Below are positions 55,560 to 64,000 of a stretch of DNA of 64,000 nucleotides, one piece after another. This DNA comes from Macrostomum lignano (taxonomy: Eukaryota), in NCBI GenBank assembly GCA_002269645.1, contig NIVC01000578.1, positions 1-64,000 on the forward strand. Direction: 5' to 3'. The notes under the pieces are model-generated. The model made no database searches, had not been told where the DNA came from, and saw nothing but the letters and a program-made list of their open reading frames with translations. How positions within the stretch are numbered: the stretch's first letter is position 1; every line of letters begins with the position of its first letter. Made by a program: the position numbers and the translations under genes.

Positions 55560-56945
55560 TAATATAGTTTGCTTCTTGCTTTGTCTTTAAGTATTGCTTC
55601 ATTTTGTCTTCAACTCTAACAAAATCTTTAAACCAACATTTTAATGTTAAACTTGAACATGTAAGAGTATCAAACAATGTCATTCCACCAATTGAATATG
55701 CAATTTCATTATACTTATGAATACACGCACATAGTGAGATATCAAATTGTAAATACTCATACGCTCGTACCATTCGTCAATCCGTTCTAAATAATCGTTC
55801 TCACTCATATCATGAACCATTGATGTCTTACACAAATCTTCTCTAATTTTCATAGATGTACAAAAAATTTTAAACTCATTGATGCCTGTTGAAACGAACA
55901 AAGCATTATAATTGTTTGTTTTGAATCTTTGTGATTCTTTTTTATCTTTATTTATAAAGGCTAATACGTCTTTTGTTGTATAGTCATTTACAAAAGTTAT
56001 TGATAAGATTCCTCTTGGTGTTTTAAGAATTTTACATGGTTTAAAATTGCAAAATAGTGGTATATATGAATCGAATCTGGACGAGTTGTGCGCTATCAAA
56101 ACAATATTTTTTGGCATAATTGAAAGAAGATGTTTAAACATTTTTCTGTTTAGCTCGTATTATCGTTTAAATATGTTTCAAAATCAAATATAACTACATC
56201 CGCTTTAGTTGGATTTGTTGATGTGTTAAAGGTTTTATCTCACTAATGTTTTTGCTCGTTGGTTCTTTGAATACTATTTTATAATTGTCTTTTATCCGTT
56301 CTAATCTGATTCCTGTCTGTTTATTGGATATTAAACAATAATGACCAATGTGATAATCGTTCGAGTGATAATAATTTAACAATAGCCAATCGTGTATAAT
56401 TTTTCTTTGGGGCTTTGGTTCTATTCCTCGATTCGTTGGATTATATAAAGCCATATTCAAATTAAATTATTCGTTGAATTTTCCTATTCTTGAATTTGTC
56501 ATTAAACCTCTTTGGGTTCTTGAATCATTCAACCAAGCTCCATATGCTTCTTTGGGTGGTGCGCTATCACCATAAATAAATTGAACATACTTATAGAAAT
56601 AGTTTTTATCAGATGGTATATAACAATAATCGTCTTGGTACTCTTCTATTTCACATATTACGTTAGTGCCCATACCTTGCTTTGATCTTTCATGTTTCAG
56701 TGTAATTATATTTGGTGTCATTTTGAGTCTTCCAGAAAACACATTAGATTCATATCATAGTTTTCAACTAGATGTTTAATCCAAGCTTGAAACTGATTTA
56801 TATCATAAAATGATACCAAGTATTGATTAATTTCTTCGCGATCATCTCCACTATTAAGATAAAAGTATTGGACTCTTGCATTAGTTATTTCAACACTATA
56901 TCCATTTAAAATTTGTGTTTCTATAAAATCTAATACATTCTGCAT
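55560..56945 (-). pseudogene. Protein-primed family B DNA polymerase (pPolB): N-terminal and 3'-5' exonuclease part only, multiply frameshifted
   Basis: Fragments YCYIPSDKNYF, GHYCLI, Exo II IVLIAHNSSRFDSY and Exo III-like YLQFDISL...TCSSLT. No polymerase-domain motifs (GGR, DxxSLYP, K...N..YG) follow. Confidence 0.75.
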
Positions 56946-57009
56946 TGGCTCAAATCGATAGACTCTGATAAACTCTTCAAGCGATATTTCGGGTTGTGGA
57001 TTCCTTGGT

Positions 57010-57264
57010 TTACGACGTGGCTTTTTTGATTTTTTCTAACTCTGCTATTCTTGCTTCATATCGTGCGTTTTCTATTAACCTTCTCATTTCATATTCTGCC
57101 CTAATATTTGATGCTAATTCTTCTGTTTGTTGTTGTTGTCTTTCTCTTTCAAAGTTTCTTTGGCGCATTTCAATTTGCTCAATTTGTCTTTGTAATCGAT
57201 TGAGCTGTGCGCGCTCGTTGGCAAGAAGTTGTCGAATCTGATTTGGGGTTAATATTTGTTCCAT
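57010..57264 (-). CDS. Small coiled-coil Polinton ORF (84 aa), unknown function
   Basis: Open ATG-to-stop frame, Q/E/R-rich heptads, between pPolB and the pX-like gene. Confidence 0.5.
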   Translation of the reverse strand: MEQILTPNQIRQLLANERAQLNRLQRQIEQIEMRQRNFERERQQQQTEELASNIRAEYEMRRLIENARYEARIAELEKIKKATS

Positions 57265-57346
57265 TTTATAGCAAAGAATTTATAGAATGTTTGATTGAAT
57301 AGTTTTTTAATTTGGGTTTTTGTGGCCTAGACCCCCCACTAGTCGC

Positions 57347-58225
57347 CTACTTGAGTTCCGCTTTTGGTAACAGTAATCCTTTGCCTGAAACGGTTCCTTG
57401 TAGAAAAATACCAGAACCTGCTTTTGGTCTCATTTCGAGATATAATCCGCTTCCATCATGTTTTTCAATTATGTTAAAATCTTTTCCTAATTTATTAAAA
57501 ATCTTTTGAACTGCTGGCCTAAAGTTGGCTCCAACATTATCAAAAAATCCTTTAGCTTTTTCGCCGGTTTTTTCTAAAGTTTGACCAAATTCATGCAATT
57601 TATCTGCTACAATTCCGTCACCATGAGTTGTGCCTTTTAGAATTAGCCCAGTGCCGTGGGTTGTTCCTTGTAACATTAAACCTTTTCCAGCTGCTAGTCT
57701 GGCTTCTGCATTTCTTTTTTGTGCCGCTGTTGCCGAACTGCTATTAATGGCATCTATAAGTTTTGTTTAAATTGAGCGTCCTGTGTTATTTGCTGTCTTT
57801 GGAATTCAACCTCTCGTTTAGCTTTTTCATCTGCAGCTTTTTTCTCATTTACTGCTTTTGCAATTCCAGCTGCTCCGCCTGCTAATCCACCAGCTGCTTC
57901 GATTCCTGCAAAAATTATTGGTAGCAAAGTTGCAAGTGGTAATATGCCCCCTTGTTTTGCTTTTAATTCTCCTAGTTGTTTTCTATTATCATGAATTCTT
58001 TTGGCTGCTAATGTAGTTGCTCCTGCTGCTCCAAGTCCTAAAAGAATTGGTAGAATGGGCAATAATCCACCATCCTTTTTTGTGTGTCTCTATTAAAAAT
58101 TTCACATCCGATTCTGTTAATCGATAAGTTTTATTGTTATGTTTAAATGAAATTGGTCTTCCTTCTTGTGCATATTTTGCAGCTAGTTTAAATGTATCCA
58201 TATCATAATCTAATATTTTTCCCAA
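57347..58225 (-). pseudogene. Polinton virion core/membrane-active protein with pX-like GG-x-LP-x-L motifs and G-x-G-L repeats, split by two frameshifts
   Basis: Three ORF pieces join across shifts near 58070 and 57755: ...KFLIETHK/KDGGLLPILPILLGLGAAG...GGILPLATLLPIIFAGIEAAGGLAGGAAGIAKAVNEKK.../...AGKGLMLQG..HGTGLIL...GSGLYL...GSGIFL...GKGLLL. Confidence 0.6.
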
Positions 58226-58368
58226 CCTATCTAATCTTTTTAGGATGGTGTGACTAGAATTATTCCAATTTAAGCAGGCTACTATTTCAGCTAAGAAATA
58301 TATTCTATTTTCATCGTGATCTCCTCCCCAATAGTTTGGTGATAAAAACTGAGTCCATTTTTATATGA

Positions 58369-58779
58369 CTAAAACTTCTTTAATCCTTTTCCGCCTTTAA
58401 TCGAGTTTAACACTTTATTAAAATCTTGGATGTCTTTATTGCTCAGAGGGGTGCTTTTAGTGGGTGTTTCAGTAGGCTGTGCGGCTTGGGCTGTTTCTTG
58501 TGCTAGCTTTAAATCTTTCATTGCTTTTATTTGAGAAATGGTGTCGTTAAAATCATTCATTTTTTTGAGCTCCTCTGCTGCCTTAGCTGCTTCTATTCCA
58601 CCTTTAACCGCATTGGTTACTGAGCCGGCTGCTGATCCCGCTTGTGCTATTAGTGGCATATTATCTTTAACTAAATTTGCTGCCGTACCTTTCATATCAA
58701 AAAGGCCTTCACCTCTATATTCTACTGGGTTTCCAATTTGTATTTCATTCAGATTGTATGCGTGTGTTATGCGTGTCAT
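58369..58779 (-). CDS. Polinton right-end ORF (136 aa), probable core/structural protein
   Basis: Intact ORF starting at the inner end of the right TIR; RGEGLFD motif near the N-terminus and GGKGL at the C-terminus. Confidence 0.55.
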   Translation of the reverse strand: MTRITHAYNLNEIQIGNPVEYRGEGLFDMKGTAANLVKDNMPLIAQAGSAAGSVTNAVKGGIEAAKAAEELKKMNDFNDTISQIKAMKDLKLAQETAQAAQPTETPTKSTPLSNKDIQDFNKVLNSIKGGKGLKKF

Positions 58780-60335
58780 TTTTGTCTATTTTTAGTAACA
58801 GATTAGAGATTTAGTATATTTAGAAAAAAGCTTGTGTGCCCCAAGCCCCTGCGGGGCGCGGTCGGGTTAGTGTGTAATAGAAGTGTTAGATGAGTTGGAA
58901 GTGTTGGAAGAGATAGAAGTGTTTGGAAGTGTTGGAAGCGTTAGAAGTGTTAGGTACCATACAAAATTGCCAGCAAACCATTTGTCAGAAACAACTAATA
59001 TTAACTCTTATTAAGGATAAATTTCACATTTTGACCGAAATGAAGCGAGGATGAACGGAGCGAGTTGAGCGTAGTGAAGACGAGCGAAAATGGAGTGAAA
59101 AATGTGAAATTTATCCTTAATAAGAGTTAATATTAGTTGTTTCTGACAAATGGTTTGCTGGCAATTTTGTATGGTATAATACTACTATAGCCTTTTCAGA
59201 TCTCGTGCATTCGCGTACAAAACGATGACATGAAAATAATCGCTAAAAAGTCGTTGCAAACAACTTTCTAGTGACTCTAGCGACTCTTGTGACTTTTTAA
59301 AAACTCGAACGCATCTAATGCGATGAGTGGGCGACTGTTGCGTCACAAGCGCGATAGTTATAGAATTGTAAGAGTCACGAAAGAGTCATCCAGGATTCGT
59401 TATGTTGGCGCTCAACTTCGCTAAAGATGTGACTCTGACTCATCAAGCAATGCAAATGTGCTTCAAACACAACTCAGTGACTCTTGCTACAGCGACTCTA
59501 CCACACGTAGGACTCTACGGTCTCAGATTCTACGACTCTATGGTCCCAAAGTTGCTATACCGTCGCACCAGAGTCACTTGCCTCGCCCCAAAGTCGTTTC
59601 AGAGAGTCGCAGATAATAAAAGGTTTCGACTCTTGGACGACTCTGTGGCGACCCAAGTGACTCTGGAACGCTTTTTGGTCTAAGTGTCGTTTTCATCGGG
59701 AGTTCCCAGCAAGTCGCAACCGACGGCAAAAATGCCTGCCTCGTAGCCTAGGCCAGACTGACTCCTGCTCTGCTCGCGGCAATTTCTATGCGGCAGGCAA
59801 AGAATCTACGAGCCAGTTTTTCATAGTGAATAAGAAGCAACAAAGCAAGGAATCGCGGGCATTTCGCCATCGGAGTCAATTGATAAGATTTTGGCTTTTC
59901 ATTAATATTTTCGAACATTCGGATCAAGTACAATTCACTGCTTAGTAATTATGCAGCTCTTGTGCAAGCATTGGTGACAACAAATATTTTAGCCCTTTGC
60001 TAAGCTGTCAATACAGCAGTTAATTTGAAAAAAAACCAGGTATAAAAATAGACCCTTGCGCCGCCTTGTACAGCCTTTGTGCTTAATCTGTAAGGGCATA
60101 GCTGCACTGCAGCAGAGGAGAGAGAAGAGAGAAGAAAGGGCGGCGGGCAGCAGTGTACACTGCATAGCATACAAGAGTGTGACGGCTTTTCATTGTGCGT
60201 TGCCTATAGCAACCAATTGGGGGAAGGGCGGAAATTCAAATTACAGAGCTGCGAGGGCAATTTTGATACAATCTATGCAGTTGCTAAACCTTGAGTCAGC
60301 TAAATTTTCTACGATATTCTTCAGGATCCGATAAA

Positions 60336-63016
60336 ATGATGCAGGCCAGCTTCACTATTGGCGTGGTAAGTCGGCTTGGTTGCAGATTTGAGCCAGAGGC
60401 GCGGCCAGGTAGGGACAAGGGGGCCACCGGTGCTAAAACCCCCAGTGCTAAAGCCCCCAGTGCTAAAGCCTCCAGTGCTAAAGCCCCCAGTGCTAAAGCC
60501 TCTAGTGCTAAAGCCTCCGGTACTAAAGCCCCCGGTGCTCAAGCCCCCCGTGCTAAAGCCTCCAGTGCTAAAGCCTCCGGTACTAAAGCCCCCCGTGCTA
60601 AAGCCCCCGGTGCTAAAGCCTCCGGTGCTAAAGCCTCCGGTGCTAAAGCCCCCAGTGCTAAAGCCTCCAATGCTAAAGCCTCCGGTTTCTAAAGCCCCCA
60701 GTGCTAAAGCCCCAGGTACCAAAGCCCCAGGTACCAAAGCTCCAGGTACCAAAGCCCAAGGTACCAAAGCTCCAGGTACCAAAGCCCCAGGTACCAAAAC
60801 CCCAGGTACCAAAGCCCCAGGTACCAAAGCCCCAGGTACCAAAGCCCCAGGTACCAAAGCCCCAGGTACCAAAGCCCCAGGTACCAAAGCTCCAGGTACC
60901 AAAGCTCCAGGTACCAAAGCCCCAGGTACCAAAGCTCCAGGTACCAAAGCCCCAGGTACCAAAGCCCCTGGTGCTAAAGCGGCACCATTAAATGAAGTGG
61001 GCACCTTAAGAGGCCGCCTCCAAGTCAGAAATACAGGCTACCTAATGGTTTAAATTTCAATGCACCCCGCTTCCCTTCGAGTTCAAACCATTCTTTTTAT
61101 TTTTTGTTACTCTTTGCATTTCAGCCGTCTGCCCCAAGTTCGAGACCGTTCCCGCAGCATCTGACGCCCCATCTAGCACAGATGGGAGTCCCGATGGAAC
61201 AGGCTATGGGTGAGTGTGTGAAATCATTGCTTAGATAAATACTACAGAGTCTGCATCCCGAAGTTCTCGTAGACGATTACCCTAGAAAATATCAGAATAT
61301 ATTTGCTGTACCACAAAACTTTATAAGCCCTTGTAGTTCTTTGTTCTGTAATCATACTTGCATGAAAACCAATTTGAAGATCGGCAATTAGCGCGTGCGA
61401 CTCTGGCTTGATTCTGGCTTGATTCTGGCTTGATTCTGGCTGATTCTGGCTTGATTCTGGCTTGATTCTGGCTTGATTCTGGTTCTGGCTTGATTCTGAT
61501 TCTGGCTTGATTCTGGCTTGATTCTGGTTCTGGCTTGATTCTGATTCTGGCTTGATTCTGGCTTGATTCTGATTCTGGCTTGATTCTGATTCTGGCTTGA
61601 TTCTGGCTTGATTCTGGCTGATTCTGGCTTGATTCTGGCTTGATTCTGGCTTGATTCTGGTTCTGGCTTGATTCTGATTCTGGCTTGATTCTGGCTTGAT
61701 TCTGGTTCTGGCTTGATTCTGATTCTGGCTTGATTCTGGCTTGATTCTGATTCTGGCTTGATTCTGATTCTGGCTTGATTCTGGCTTGATTCTGACTTGA
61801 TTCTGGCTTGATTCTGGCTTGATTCTGGCTTGATTCTGGCTTGATTCTGGCTTGATTCTGGCTTGATTCTTGGATCTCGTGCAGTTCTCGCCCATGAGGC
61901 ACCCCAAAGGCACGGAGAGTGTGCGGCTTGATGATCCTGATGATAGAAATTAGGACCACCGTGTACTTGTGTGAGCATATCCCTGTGTACTCGCACGCAT
62001 CCGTTGTGCTCAAGGGTCAGATGAATGGGCGTGACTCACTGCTCGCCTCCCCGCTGGCTACAGCTCAACTACAGTAGCTGAATTATGCTGATTTTGGCCG
62101 TAATGGGCGGTGCGCTCTCGCTTTGGGTAGCTAAGCCGTCAAAAAGACGCCCGATTTACCCGCGCACTACTGAAAACAACTTGCTCATCTCCTTTGCTTC
62201 CAGGCTACTGGAACACCTTCAACCACTTCGACTTGGACGGCTCCGGCACCATCAATGTGCAGGAGATGGTGACCGGCTTGCAGCTCATGGGACAGTGCCC
62301 CACGCCCAGCGATGTGCAGAACATGATGATGCAGGCCGATCAGAGTGAGTCTGCCTACTGCGATGGGTCGTCAAGCTTTTGTTCGTGTCTTTTGCTTTCT
62401 TGCGCTTCTCGTCATACCATTTAGACTGAGACTGGATTTAAATTAGATTAATCATGATTAAAGCCTTGATTGAAATGCTTTCAGAGTAGCAATGATAATC
62501 GAGTATTAATCATCAGTGCCTGCTGACACGAGTAAATTAAGTCCTCTGCAGGTGTCACTGGGGTATTGTCAGTTTATTGCTTATTCGCCGTTTCCCACAG
62601 ACCACGACGGTCAGGTGGATTTCCTGGAGTACGTAAGGGTGACTCACGCGCGAGTGCAGCCACCGCAGGCGGTGCAGAATGACCTCATGACGGCCTTCCG
62701 CGTGTTCGACAGGGACGGCAGCGGCTACCTGGACGCGAATGAGCTGCGAGCGGTGCTCTGCCAGCGCGGCATGAAGGAGAGCGACTTTAACCATGTGATG
62801 TCCCTGGTGGACCTGGACCGCGACGGCCGCATCAACTACAACGAGTTCGCCGGGCTGATGACTCGGCCGCTGGAGACAATGATGAAGCAGCAGCACGGCA
62901 AGGGGCACAAAGATGGCAAGCATCACAAGGACAAGAAGGACAAGAAGCACAAGAAGCACAAGAAGCACGGCAGCGGCAGCGGCAGCGGCAGCGGCAGCGG
63001 CAGCGACAGCGACTGA
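60336..63016 (+). CDS. Calmodulin-like protein with four EF-hands and a Lys/His-rich plus (SG)n tail. Exons 60336-60365, 61125-61209, 62204-62344, 62601-63016; ~223 aa
   Basis: EF loops DLDGSGTINVQE, DQNHDGQVDFLE (across a splice junction), DRDGSGYLDANE and DLDRDGRINYNE; phases 0/1/1 are consistent. The first exon is less certain; ATG 61182 is an alternative start. Confidence 0.85.
60425..60980. repeat. 15-bp minisatellite (GGTGCTAAAGCCCCC grading into GGTACCAAAGCCCCA), ~36 copies
   Basis: Lies in intron 1 of the calmodulin-like gene. Confidence 0.9.
61402..61870. repeat. 11-bp minisatellite (GATTCTGGCTT) with 6/7-bp variant units
   Basis: Lies in intron 2 of the calmodulin-like gene. Confidence 0.95.
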
Positions 63017-64000
63017 AGCAGTTGCCGGTGTGAATAGTCAGAATAATGCTTAGCTTACTTATGCTTCTTTTGACTTGTTAAAAAAATCTGCTTATGAACG
63101 GGGGCAGCCAAAGCAGAAGAGCGCTGTGCTGTGGAGGCCGCAGGTTTTCGCTGTAGAATGCATTGTCGAGATCACGGGGTTTTGCAGGTTTTTAGCACCA
63201 ACTTTTTCTTACCTTCTGGACTCCATAAGTTGATTCTTTTAATAACTGATCTATTTAATGCGTAATTAAACAAAACATATCACAAAAGACTTGAATGCAA
63301 CGCATGGAAAACTCCATTCAGGAAAAGTGATTTTCTGCGGCGAAAACTCCAGCAAAATTCGCACGGTGCAGCGTCCATTCTAGCGCATGTGCCCACTTGC
63401 CCGAGCGTCTGAATTATGAAAATCTTTGCAATATTTTGATCCTGTACTTGTACCACTGCAGCCGATTAACTTGCTGGTTGTTTATAATTTTCTTATATCA
63501 AGGTAGGTCTGCTCGATGCATACTTTATGAGATTAGCGCAAACACAGAAGCTGAAGATCAAATTCATGACATGGAAGTAAATGTTTCCCATGCAGTAAGA
63601 CGTGCATAATGATACGATTTTAGCCACCTGGAACGAAAAATCTCTTTAAGCCATTTCGATGAAAGTTATTTATTCAGGAAAATTCTTGTTTTTGTTTAAC
63701 TTTATTACAATTTTTAGTTTTTGTCTCTACAAAATACAGCCTGTCTCGTTCCTAAAATATACCTTTCTGTTACCAATCTTATATGCTTTGCCTTTTTCCA
63801 CTTTATTCTTAGCAAATATTCAAACTATGCGGATGTTCCATTTGCAGATGTCTACAACTCCCTTGCTCACCAGCACAAACATTTTGTGGCCAATAATTAA
63901 AATTTCAAGAAACTGCTTGAAAAAATTTAGCAGATGATCCGCTAAATGCAGTAGCTCCAGCCAAATTTAAAGTCTCTGGCAGCACCAAAGCCGAACATTT

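Larger units (their letters stand above)
51372..59186. mobile_element. Polinton/Maverick (adintovirus-like) endogenous element, internally deleted and non-autonomous, 7815 bp
   Basis: Termini AGTAGTATTATACC.../...GGTATAATACTACT; exact 6-bp TSD ATAGCC at 51366-51371 and 59187-59192; TIRs ~51372-51803 and ~58790-59186; remnants of pPolB, packaging ATPase, penton and adenain protease inside. Confidence 0.93.

Noticed and set aside
60291-62013. Collagen- or extensin-like ORFs (VPGAL, KPPVL, QNQARIKPESS)
   Set aside because: Minisatellites inside introns 1 and 2 of the calmodulin-like gene.

Overview
Eukaryotic (metazoan) genomic DNA with GC-rich exons, AT-rich introns and an unusually high load of minisatellites; this style suggests a flatworm such as Macrostomum (inference only). 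Six spliced host genes could be rebuilt by hand with consistent GT-AG phases: AP-2 mu (-, 813-2981), discs-large MAGUK (+, 9769-32086), an ATG16-like coiled-coil/WD40 gene (-, 34702-37030), a secreted PAN/apple + LamG-like protein (+, 42086-43181) bracketed by two ~420-bp direct repeats that each carry tRNA-Ala(UGC), a 12-TM adenylyl cyclase (-, 44536-50755) and a calmodulin-like EF-hand protein (+, 60336-63016). The most striking feature is a 7815-bp Polinton/Maverick (adintovirus-like) endogenous element at 51372-59186. It has AGTAGT termini, an exact 6-bp target-site duplication (ATAGCC) and ~400-bp TIRs that each fold into a long hairpin. It carries decayed pPolB, packaging ATPase, penton, adenain protease, fibre-like and pX-like genes, but no recognisable integrase or major capsid. 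The window also holds two copies of a tRNA-derived SINE (one inside the penton gene), two hAT-type MITEs with 8-bp TSDs, a ~1-kb foldback-like element and about 20 distinct tandem repeats. All calls rest on manual motif reading; no database searches were run, and repeat boundaries are approximate.
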